From: Squalus acanthias
Taxonomy: Eukaryota
DNA: 64,000 nt
Reading direction: 5' to 3'
Assembly (NCBI GenBank): GCA_030390025.1
Contig: JASTWF010000123.1
Span: forward strand, 806,001-870,000
Shown here: positions 12,551 through 23,665 of the stretch, piece after piece
How positions within the stretch are numbered: position 1 is the stretch's first letter
Layout of the letters: each line of letters opens with the position of its first letter
Program-made: the position numbers and the translations under genes
Notes under the pieces: model-generated
What the model was told of the DNA's origin: nothing
What the model saw: only the letters and a program-made list of their open reading frames with translations
Databases searched by the model: none

Positions 12551-12632
12551 CTGGATTGAATTGGAGTTATTGAGGTTAATTAACCTATTAAAACCAGACT
12601 TTTATTGTGGCCACGGTGAAATTCTGGTTGGT

Positions 12633-14099
12633 GTAAATTTGTGTGGACCTGCTAAACACAGGCAAAATGAAGGCTGTATCAGACAGAAGGAGGGCGGCTT
12701 GGGAAGCAGTATTGATACCCAAGGACAAATCAGTCTAGATTATAAGGGAACATAGAGTCAACCCCGCAGAGGGAATGCTATCGGAGGGTGAGGCACACGA
12801 TTGTCAGTTAGTAATCGAAGAAGAGGTCAGAGGAACCGTATCAGAATCGCCCCTTGAAAATCCCCAAAACACCTTTTATGTAGACAGATCTCGCTGATAT
12901 ATAAATGGGGAGCCACACACTGGTTGGGCAGTAGTATCCGAGAACGGAGAAACAGTCGCAAAGGGAGGGCTTGAAGGAGGAACCTCAGCGCAGGTAGCAG
13001 AACTAGTGGCTCTCACGGAAGCATTGAAATTGGCAAAAGGAAAAGGAGTAAATATATACACAGACAGTAGATATGCGTTTGGGGTAGTGCATGATTATAT
13101 GATAGCGTGGAATAGGAGAGGATATGTAACCTCCGGAGGAGGACAAATACAGCATGAGGAGGTAGTGAGAGACCTAGTAGAAGCGGTAAAAGGAGCAGAA
13201 GAGGTAGCAGTGATTAAAATAAAGGCACACCGTAAGATAGTGAGCGAGCAACAAAAAGGAAATATGCTAGCTGATCAGGCAGCAAGAGCAGTGGCGGACA
13301 CAGAGATGCCTACACCAATAGCAGTAGGTAGAATAACAGTAGAGGGAAGAAATACTGTTTAGTGATCATAGACCAGTTTACAAGGTGGGTGGAAGCATTC
13401 CCCACCAGAGACTGTAGTGCTCAGACTGTGGCCCGAATATTTGCATACGACGTGATACCGAGATGGGGGGTTCCGTTGCAAATAGATTCAGATCAAGGTA
13501 CCCACTTTATGGGAAAGGTAATGAAAGAAGCTTGTAAGTTACTGGGAGTAAGACAGAAGTTCCATATCCCCTATCATCCGCAAAGCTCAGGCATGGTAGA
13601 GCGAATGAACAGAACCCTGAAAACAGCCTTAAGTAAGGCCATAGCCGAAACCGGACAGGGATGGGTGGATGTCCTTCCGTGTATCCTGATGAGGCTGAGA
13701 GCCACCCCAAACAGGGTGACCGGACTGACACCATATGAACTCATGACTGGACGAGCAATGTGTCTGCCGGAAGGAGTAGCATCTGGTAGCGAGGGACTAG
13801 GACCCTTAAAAGATAAAATTAGGAAATACGTACAAACATTGGATAATCAATTGAAGGAGCTCAAACAAGAAATTAAAGAACAACAAGACATCAGAGATAA
13901 AATTACACAAAAGCAGTGGGCCTCGGAGCCCCTACCCAAGGTGGGCGAGCAGGTATTTGTTAAAATATTGCCAGAGAGATCGGGATTCTCACCTAGATGG
14001 ACTGGACCATTTGAGGTTATCATGACCAGTGATACGTGTGCATGTATAGATATGAGGGGAAAAGGGAGATGGAAACATTGGACCCAATTAAAACGATAA
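12633..14099 (+). pseudogene. pol: Retroviral pol remnant: tether, RNase H and integrase (IN zinc finger deleted)
   Basis: FYVD.S...GWAVV...SAQVAELVALTEALKLAKGKGVNIYTDSRYAFG...KIKAH...GNMLADQAAR. IN core IIDQFTRWVEAFP...DSDQGTHF...YHPQSSGMVERMNRTLK and a GPF motif (PRWTGPFEV). Stops and a frameshift are present. Confidence 0.92.
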
Positions 14100-14211
14100 A
14101 GCAATAACCCACCTGATCTTAAATCCCACAGGAACAATGGAATAAACACCGGAGATAAACTAACCTCTGGTGACGACCAGGCTTCTGCTTAATTTACAGG
14201 GAAACTTCACC

Positions 14212-16005
14212 ATGAAGGTGGGATTACTGCTGGGAATCGTATGCATCACGAAATAAGCGAAGGGACATCCCACATTACACGACAAGTACATGATGAGGAA
14301 GCACCATGTTTTAATGGAACAATCACATTCGGAGTCTCATCCACGGCTCCCAATACACAGAAAGAAGAGACAAACGAACCGAGGATGCTACAATGTCCAG
14401 ATATGAAACCTGGACCTATGAATGGACTAGTATTACTTACCGAGGGAGAACAATTGTATGATAACGTGAGACACGAAATTGTACCGGTGCTAATGAACTT
14501 AACTATGTTACAATGGCCAGGATATTGTGAAAGGTTTACTAAAACTAGAGAATTATCTGCATATATGATAAAGAATGTAATTAATCAAGCTGCTGATGCG
14601 ACAGGGGCCACTAGTTTCAGACATGCTGCATTCCACCAAAGGACTAAGAGGAGCTTAGGAACCGATATACTCACGGGAATAAACACGGGGACATCATTCA
14701 TTAATGCCCTAGATATACAAGGAGTCCAGAGTCGTGTGGAACGACTACAAAGGGTAATATAACAGATTTTAGAGAAGGAAACTGGTTTGGTTCGACAAGG
14801 ATCAGAGTTGGGAGGACATACGATAAGGAAATGACTCGAGGGAATCAAGGTTATAGAGGACCATGCTAGCGTTATCAACAAACTAAACCATAGAGATGAG
14901 GAACAGACAGAAGATGGGGTAGGGCGAGGCGTGTGTCATGCCTATGGCCAATGGATTACCGGACAGTTAGAACATAATCTGGCACAGATACAGCAAGACG
15001 AGGTACCAGACTGGATTAACAGCACACAGCTCCATGGCATGAGCCAGAATCCAGGCCCTCTGAGTGCTTGCATCCTCAAAGGGATGACCAGAGTATATCC
15101 GGTGATACAAAAATGTAAAGCAGAAGTGACAGCAATGATAGGCATGGTACTCCTGATACCAGTGGTGGGACTAGACACGACTCCATACCCACAGTACCAG
15201 GTAATGAACATAGGCATAGTGAGGGGTGAGACATACCTCCAATACTATCCAATTGATACCTATGCCATCAGAAAGAATGGTACTATGAGAGGAGTCTCCC
15301 TCAACGGATGCCACGGGAAAGGCACGCTTACGATATGCCCACATTCAGTAGGAGAAGGCCCGAAGGATGAGTGTGGCTATAATAATACAGAGGGGTGTGT
15401 GTTGGAATTATCACATGTTGATCATCATCACACCCGCTCGGGATACAGAGGCGAAGGGGAGTATTGTACAGCCACCACAGAGACTGAGTACCAATATAGT
15501 AACCTTGTATGTGCAATCACAATGCCTAACTTTGCTTTACGCCAAAGATCCCTGTGACAATTGGACACACCAGATTGGTGTATGTACATTCAAGGGAGGA
15601 GATAAAACTAAATGTGACAGATAGTTTAAGGGATGAGTTGGTCAATTATGAAGATCCGGTAGGGGCCCCAATACCCTGCCTGCAAAAGGATTTGCAAGAA
15701 ATGAAAGAGGATTTAAGTAAGATGGTGAAACAATACATAGTGTTGCAAAGGAATCTTGGGGAATTAGAAAAGGACATAGAGGTAGAGCTACAGGAAGTCC
15801 CGTGGTATGAGAAGCTGTGGGATTGGGGAATGAATGTCAACATACACCCATGGATCCGCATCATTTCTCATATATATTAGTGATAGTACAGTTAGTCATG
15901 GCTATAGGATGGGGAATAGCAGCATGCACCGCTTGTAAAAAGAAACGGACCAAACAAAGAGCTAAAGCGAGTCAGAAAGAGCTGGAAAACACAAGGTTGC
16001 TCTAA
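14212..16005 (+). pseudogene. env: Envelope glycoprotein with Mononegavirales F-like architecture (about 600 codons; 2 stops, about 3 frameshifts)
   Basis: Splice acceptor ttacag at about 14199, signal MKVGLLLGIVC, furin site RTKR at 14640-14651, fusion peptide SLGTDILTGINTGTSFI, heptad, Cys-rich region, second heptad, Trp-rich pre-TM segment, TM (ILVIVQLVMAIGWGIAAC) and basic tail. Confidence 0.85.
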
Positions 16006-16124
16006 ACATGATGGGTATGCAGGGCCTCCCGAACCAGCGACTGATCACCGCATCGGGCAGGAGGCACAGCGATGCTTATACATGTGGTTTAACTTGGGCA
16101 GGGCCAAGTACCAAAAGGGGGGAT

Positions 16125-16340
16125 TGCAGTGGGGAAAGAGTTAAAATGACATCGCTGGCAGTTTCACTGAATAGTGTAAGAAATGCTTATTGTAATGTAT
16201 AAAAATGTAGTGTTTGCTGTAACAATTTGGAGAAGTCTGGCTAAGACAGAGCAGACTGTTTCCCCACCGGTGTAATAAAGACAACTTGACTATCGATCTA
16301 AAACCTTGTGTCGAGTGTTGGTTTAAAATACTCCACAACA
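16125..16340 (+). mobile_element. 3' LTR (216 bp) preceded by polypurine tract 16113-16123
   Basis: Starts TGCAGTGGGG and ends CTCCACAACA (imperfect inverted termini). TATAAAA near 16198, AATAAA near 16274. Confidence 0.8.
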
Positions 16341-16575
16341 ACTTCTACACACAAAGGGTGGTAGAAGTTTGGAACTTTCTTCCACAAACGGCAATCGATG
16401 CTAGATCAATTGTTAATTTTAAATCGGAGATTGATAGCTTTTTGTTAACCAAAGGTATTAAGTGATATGGGCCAAAGGCGGGTATATGGAGTTAGGTCAC
16501 AGATCAGCAATGATCTCATTGAATGGCGGAACAGGCTCAAGGGACTGAATGGCCAACTCCTGTTCCGATGTTCCT
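16341..16575 (+). mobile_element. CR1 3' end (continuation of the host LINE of the ERV)
   Basis: Reads HFYTQRVVEVWNFLPQTAIDARSIVNFKSEID, followed by a 3' stem-loop and tail. Confidence 0.85.
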
Positions 16576-17359
16576 ATAAGGCCAATATATCCTTTCTAAG
16601 GTGTGGTGCCCAGAACTGCTCACAGTACTCCAGGTATGGTCAAACCAGGGCTTTGTATAGCTCCAGCATAACTTCTACCCCCTTGTATTCTAGTCCTCTC
16701 GATATAAAGCCCAGCATTCCATTAGACGTTTTAATTTTTTTCTGTACTTTCCATGATATTTTAATGATCTATGTACATGGACCATTAAGTTTCTTTGGAT
16801 CGCCACTGTTTTTAGCTTTTCACCATTTAGAAAGTACTCTGTTCCATCCTTTTTAGTTCCAAAGTGATGACCTCACACTTGCCTATATTGAAATCCATTT
16901 GCCACAGTTTTGCCCATTCGCTTAATCTATTAATATCTCTTTGTAATTTTATGCTTCCATCTACACTGCTTACAATGCCACCTATCTTTGTGTCATCGGC
17001 AAACTTGGATATGTGGCTTTCTGTGTCATCTAAGTCGTTAATAAATATTGTGAATAGTTGCGGCCCCAACACAGATCCCTGTGGGACACACTAGTCACAT
17101 CCTGCCAATTTGAGTACCTGCACATTATCCCCACTCTCTGTCTCCTGTCACTCAGCCAATTTCCTAACCAGTTCAATGATTTGCCCTCAATTCCGTGGGC
17201 TTCAACTTTAGCTAACAGTCTCTTATGAAGGACTTTATCAGATGCCTTCTGGAAGTGCATACAAATAACATACATAGACATTCCCCTGTCCACTACTTTA
17301 GTCACCTCTTCAAAAAATCCAATGAGGATCGTCAGGTGTGACCTACCCTTTACAAATCC

Positions 17360-17490
17360 AAAAGCAAAATACTGCGGGTGCTGGAAATCTGAAATAAAAA
17401 CAGAAAATGCTAGAAATACTCAGCATCTGTGGAGAGAGAAACACAGTTAACGTTTCAGGTCGATGACCTTTCATCTGAACTGGAAAAGGT
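17360..17490 (-). mobile_element. Short Penelope terminal fragment with degenerate hammerhead (CTGA to CAGA), flanked by a tttacaaatcca duplication
   Basis: tttacaaatcca occurs at about 17349-17360 and again at about 17490-17501. The internal sequence equals the PLE terminus. Confidence 0.75.
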
Positions 17491-18299
17491 TTACAAATCC
17501 ATGCTGGCTCTCTCTGATCAGCTGAAAATTTTCAAGCTGTTCAGTCCTTAATTATAGACTCTAGTAATTTCCCCACAACAGATGTTAGGCTAACTGGTCT
17601 ATAATTCCCTGGTTTCCCTCTCTCACCATTCTTAAATAGCGGAGTGACATGTGCAATTTTCCAATCAAAAGGAACGGTTCCCTGAATCGCGAGAACGTTG
17701 AAAGATTATAATTAGGGCATCTGCAATGTTCTCACCTACTTCTTTAAAACACTGGGATGGAAACCATCTGGTCCTGGGGATTTCTCACTCTTTAGTGCCA
17801 TTGTTTTCTTCATTCCTGTTATTTAGCTTACATTAATTTTTGTGAGTCCCCGTCCCTGATTCAATATTAGTTTCCTTGGGATGTCCGGCATGCTGTCCTC
17901 TTCCTCTACAGTAAATACTGACGGAAAGTAATTATTCAACATGTCCACCATTTTCTTATTTTCATTTACAGTATCACTGTGAGCAGTTTTCAAGGGGCCC
18001 ACATTGCTCCTGACCACCCTCTTTTTCCTAATATAATTGTAAAATAAATTTGTGTTGATTTTGATAACCCTTGCAAGTTTCTTTTCATATTCCCCTTTTG
18101 TAGCTCTTACTATCTGCTTTGTTGTCCTTTGTATCTTTCCCATTCGCCAGGATCTGTGCTATATTTGGCATTTTTGTCTGCTTTTACTTTTAGTTTTATG
18201 CTGTTCCTTACCTCTTTAGTTGTCCATGGCTTTTTGTTTTGGCAAGTAGAGCTCTTGCCCCTCAGGGGTATAAACTGGTTCTGTATCACGTTAAGTTTT

Positions 18300-20135
18300 G
18301 AACACCTCCCACTGAAAACCAAAGTTGGTCCATTGCAGTCAGATACGGGGGAATATATAACGGGAAATAAGGAAATGGCAGACCAACTAAATGCATACTT
18401 TGGGTCAGTCTTTACGAAGGAAGACACAAAAAACCTCCCTGGGATATCGGGAAAAATAGGGACATTGGCAAAGGAGGAACTGACGCAAATCAATATCTCT
18501 AAGGATATGGTGTTAAGGAAGCTAAAGGGATTGAAGGCGGACAAATCCCCAGGGCCTGATAACATGCATCCTAGGGTACTGAAGGAGGTGGCCCTAGAGA
18601 TAGCGGATGCACTAAGTATGATTTTTCAGAATTCATTAGACTCGGGAACGGTGCCCATGGATTGGAGGGTAGCTAACGTTACCCCACTATTCAAAAAGGT
18701 GGGTAGGGAAAAAGCAGGTAATTACAGACCTGTAAGCCTTACATCAGTTGTGGGCAAAATGCTGGAGTCCATCATTAAGGATGAAATAGCGGAGCACTTA
18801 GCAAATGGGGACAGGATAGGACAGAGTCAACATGGATTTACAAAGGGTAAATCGTGCTTGACTAATGTATTGGAATTTTTTGAGGGAGTAACTGGTAAAA
18901 TAGATGGGGGAGAGCCAGTAGATGTGGTGTACCTGGACTTCCAAAAGGCCTTCGATAAGGTCCCACATAAAGATTAGCATGGAAAATTGAAGCTCATGGG
19001 ATAAAGGGGAAAGTATTGACGTGGATAGAGAACTGGCTGTCAGATAGAAAACAGAGAGTTGGAATAAACGGCTCATTTTCTGAATGGCAGGCAGTAACAA
19101 GTGGGGTACCACAGGGATCTGTACTGGGTCCCCAGCTGTTCACAATTTACATTAATGACCTGGATCAGGGAGTCGGATGCAGCATTTCCAAATTTGCAGA
19201 CGACACTAAACTAGGAGGGGGGGGTGGGCTCAGAGGAGGAGACCAGGAAGCTCCAGAGCGATTTGGACAGACTGGGTGATTGGGCGGATAAATGGCAGAT
19301 GCACTATAATGTGGACAAGTGCGAAGTTATCCACCTTGGGTGCAGGAACGGGAGGGCAAATTATTATTTAAATGGCAATAAATTGGGAGAGGGGGAAGTA
19401 CAGAGAGACCTGGGTGTTCTTGTACACCAGTCACTGAAGGCGAGCATGCAGGTGCAACAGGCGGTCAAGAAGGCAAACGGTATGCTGGCCTTCATAGCAA
19501 AAGGGTTGGAATACAGGAACAGGGATACCTTGCTGCAGCTGTACAGGGCACTGGTGAGACCACACCTCGAGTACTGTGTACAGTTTTGGTCGCCTCATCT
19601 GAGGAAAGATGTTCTTGCCATGGAGGGGGTGCAGCGGCGATTCACTAGGCTGATACCAGGAATGGCGGGATTGACCTATGAGGAGAGACTATGTAGTTTA
19701 GGGATGTACACACTGGAGTTTAGAAGATTGAGAGGGGACCTCATAGAAGTGTATAAAATTCTGACAGGTCTAGACAGACTAGATGCAGAAGGAATGTTTC
19801 CCTTGGCGGGTGAGAACAGAACTAGAGGACATAATTCAAGGATAAGGGCTAAACCATTTAGGACAGAAATGAGGGGGAATTTCTTCACTCAGAGGGTGGT
19901 GAACCTGTGGAACTCATTGCCACAGAGGGCAGTGTACGCCAGCTCATTAAATATATTTAAGAGGGAATTAGATATATTTCTACAGGCAAAAGGGGTTAAG
20001 GGTTACGGAGAGAAGGCGGGGACGGGATACTGAATTGGAGGATCAGCCATGATCTCATTAAATGGCAGAGCAGGCTCGAAGGGCCGGATGGCCTACTCCT
20101 GCTCCTATCTTCTATGTATCTATGTATCTATGTAT
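18300..20135 (+). mobile_element. 5'-truncated CR1 LINE (RT domain to 3' tail), two frameshifts
   Basis: ORFs 18129-18977, 19016-19279 and 19224-20033 give a contiguous RT ([16 protein letters not shown]). It has a (tatgtatc)n tail. Confidence 0.92.
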
Positions 20136-20315
20136 CTCCTGTTGCTTTGCCCATTAACAGATTGGCCCAGTTTACTGTGGACAGTCCCGTTGAAGTTAGC
20201 CTCACCTAAATCTAGAAACTTAGCAGCTGTTTCGCATTTCTCCCTTTTAAACAGAATGTTGAACTCGATCATATGATCGCTATTAGATAAACGCTCACGC
20301 ACCGTTAGGCTGTTA

Positions 20316-21190
20316 ACATAGGAACATAAGAATTAGGAGCAGGAGTAGGCCATTCGGCCCCTCGAGCCTGCTCTGCCATTCAATAAGATCATGGCTGATC
20401 TTCGACTTCATCTCCATTCCCGCCCGATCCCCATATCCCTTGATTCCTCCAGAGTCCAAAAATCTATCTATCTCAGCCTTGAATATACTCAACGATTCAA
20501 CATTCACAGCCCTCGGGCAGAGAATTCCAAAGATTCACAACCCACTGAGTGAAGAAATTCCTCCTCATCTCAGTCTTAAATGGCCGACCCCTTATACTGA
20601 GACTATGCCCCCTAGTTCTAGACTCTCCATCCAGGCAAAACAACCTCTCAGCATCTACCCTGTCAATCCCCCTCAGTATCTTATATGTTTCAATCAGATC
20701 ACCTCTCATTCCAAACTCCAGAGAGTATAGGCCCAATCTACTCAATCTCTCATCATAGGACAGCCCTCTCATCCCAGGGATCAATCTAGTGAACCTTCGT
20801 TGCACCGCCTCGAACGCATCTATGTCCTTCCTCAGATAAGGAGACCAAACTGTGCACAGTACCCCAGGTGTGGTCTCACCAAAGCCCTGTACAATTGTAG
20901 TAAGACTTCCATACTTTTGTACTTCAACCCCCTTGCAATAAAGACCAACATGCCATTTACTTTCCTAATTGCTTGGTGTACCTGCATGCTAACTCTCTGT
21001 GTTTCCTGTATGAGGAGACCTAAATCTCTCTCAACACCAACATTTAATAGTTTCTCAGCATTTAAAAAATATTCTGTTTTTCTATTCTTGCTACCAAAGT
21101 GAATAACCTCACATTTCCCCCAAATGATACTCCATCTGCCAAGTTCTTGCCCACTCACTTAACCTGTCTATATCCCTTTTCAATCTCTTT
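20316..21190 (-). mobile_element. CR1 LINE 3' fragment
   Basis: ORFs 20497-20805 and 20832-21158, with an aacataggaacataag tail. Confidence 0.9.
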
Positions 21191-21519
21191 GGGCGCGATC
21201 TTGCCAGCCCTGGGGAGGCGGGTATGGAGGCGGGACTGCCGGGAAAATGGCAGAATTTGGGGGCGGGTGCCCAACCCGCCTCTGTGCTATCTTGCCAGGA
21301 GGCGGGTAGCCGACCCGCGCCGGGTCCCATCTCCTAGTTAACAGGCAGATAAGAGGATTATCCCCAATTTACCCACACAAGTGCGGGCTTCCCGAAGGCT
21401 GTGAACCTCTCCAGGGTCACTGAAGCGAGCAGTGGGTCTGCGGGGGTCGGAGGGGTGCAAAAGTGAGCTGTGAAGGTAAGTGATGGGTGCAAGTGTGGAG
21501 AGGTGAGTGTGTGAGGTAA

Positions 21520-21830
21520 GTGGAAAGTGTTGGAAAGAGTTTAAGGATAAGGGGTAAGCCATTTATGAAGGAGATTAGGAGGAATTTCTTCACCCAGGGA
21601 GTGGGGAAACTGTGGAATTCTCTACCACAGAAGACAGTTGAGGCCAATTCATTAAATATATTCAAGAAGGAGTTAGATATATTTCTTAAGGCTAAAGGGA
21701 TCAAGGGCTATGGGGAGAAAGCAGGGACAGGGTACTGAATTTGGATAATCAGCCATGATCTCATTGAATGGCGGAGCAGGCTCGAGGGGCCGAATGGCCT
21801 ACTCCTGCTCCTATCTTCTATGTTTCTATC
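21520..21830 (+). mobile_element. CR1 LINE 3' tip
   Basis: SLRIRGKPF...GIKGYGEKAGTGY, followed by a stem-loop tail. Confidence 0.85.
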
Positions 21831-22057
21831 AGCAAACTTGGATACATTACACTCGGTCCCTTCATCTAAGTCATTAATATAGATTGTGAATAGCTGAGGC
21901 CGTCTATTTCCAAGCTTCAAAGGGAAAATAGACAAGTACATGAGAGAAAAGGGAATAGAAAGATATGCTGAAAGGCTGAGATGAGGTAGATGGAAATGGA
22001 GATGACTCTTGTGGAGTATAAACACAGACTAGTTGGGCTGAATGGCCTGTTTCTGTA

Positions 22058-23665
22058 ATCATAGAATGGTTACAGCACAGAAGGAGGCCATTCGGCCTGT
22101 CGAGCCTGTGCCGGCTCTCTGCAAGAGCACTTCAGCTAGTCCCACTGCCCCGCCCTATCCCGTAGCCCTGCAAATTTCTTTCCTTCAGGTCCTTATCCAA
22201 TACCCTTTGGAAAGCCACGATTGAATCTGCCTCCACCACCCTCTCAGGCAGTGCATTCCAGATCCTAACCACTCGCTGCGTAAAAAAGTTTTTTCTCATT
22301 TCGCCTTTGGTTCTTCTGCCAATCACCTTAAATCTGTGTCCTCTGGTTCTCGACCCTTCCGCCAATGGGAACAGTTTCTCTCTATCTACTCTGTCTAGAC
22401 CCCTCATGATTTTGAACACCTCTATCAAATCTCCTCTCAACCTTCTCTGCTCCAAGGAGAACAACCCCAGCTTCTCTAGTCTATCAATGTAACGTCTCTG
22501 TTATTGCACCCTCTTTAGGATTGTACCCTTTAGTTTATTTTGCCTCTCTTCATTCTACCAAAATGTATCACTTGGCACTTTTCTGCGTTAAATTTCATCT
22601 GCCACATGTCCGCCCATTCCACCAGCCTGTCTATGTTCTCTTGAAGTCTATCACTATCCTCCTCACTGTTCACTATACTTCCAAGTTTTGTGTCATCTGC
22701 AAATTTTGAAATTGTGCCCTGTACAGCCACATCCAAGTCATTAATATATATCAAGAAAAGCAGTGGTCCTAGTACCGACCCCTGGGGAACACCACTGTAT
22801 ACCTTCCTCCAGTCTGATAAACAACCGTTCACCACTACTCTCCGTTTCCTGTCACTTAGCTAATTTCATATCCATGCTGCCACTGTCCCTTTTATTCCAT
22901 GGGCTTCAACTTTGCTGACAAGCCTATTATGTGGCACTTTGTCGAACGCCTTTTGGAAATCCATGTACACTACGCCAACCACATTACCCTCATCAACCCT
23001 CTCTGTTACCTCATCAAAAAACTCGATCAAGTTGGTTAAACACGATTTGCCTTTCACAAATCCGTGCTGGCTTTCCTTAATTAATCCACACTTGTCCAAG
23101 TGACTGTTAATTTTGTCCCTGATTATTGTTTCTAAAAGCTTCCCCACTACTGAGGGTAAACTGACTGGCCTGTAGTTGCTGGGTTTATCTTTACACCCTT
23201 TTTTGAACAAGGGTGTAACATTTGCAATTCTCCGGTCCTCTGGCACCACCACTGTTTCTAAGGAGGATTGGAAGATTATGCCCAGTACCTCCACGATTTC
23301 TTCCTTCACTTCCCTCAGCGTCCTAGGATGCATCCCACCTGGTCCTGGTGACTTATCTACTTTCAGTACAGCCAGCCTTTCTAGTACCTCCTCTTTATCA
23401 ATTTTTATCCCATCCAGTATCTCCTCTACCTCCTCCTTCCCTATGTCTATGGCAGCATCTTCTTCCTTGGTGAAGACAGATGCAAAATACTCATTTAGCA
23501 CCTCAGCCATACCCTCTGCCTCCATGCGTAGGTCTCTTTTTTGGTCCCGAATCGGCCCCACCTCTTCTTACTACCCGTTTATTATTTATATACCTATAGA
23601 AGACTTTTGGATTACCTTTTATGTTAGCTGCCATTCTATTCTCATGCCCTCTCTTTGCCCCTCTT
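22058..23665 (-). mobile_element. CR1 LINE, 5'-truncated and internally deleted
   Basis: ORFs 22866-23561, 22530-22835 and 22132-22464 carry RT motifs. Confidence 0.9.

Larger units (their letters stand above)
12630..16340 (+). mobile_element. 5'-truncated endogenous retrovirus (lokiretrovirus-like): pol 3' half, F-like env, PPT, 3' LTR
   Basis: Retroviral RNase H, then integrase, then env, then the PPT aaaagggggg and a TG...CA LTR. No gag, RT or 5' LTR is present. Confidence 0.9.
16576..20315 (-). mobile_element. Degenerate CR1 ORF2, with a Penelope terminus (17360-17490) and another CR1 (18300-20135) nested inside
   Basis: Minus-strand ORFs with FADDTK, KASD and VVRSNVGPLK. SDH at 20270-20300 resumes the element after the nested copy. 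Confidence 0.85.
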
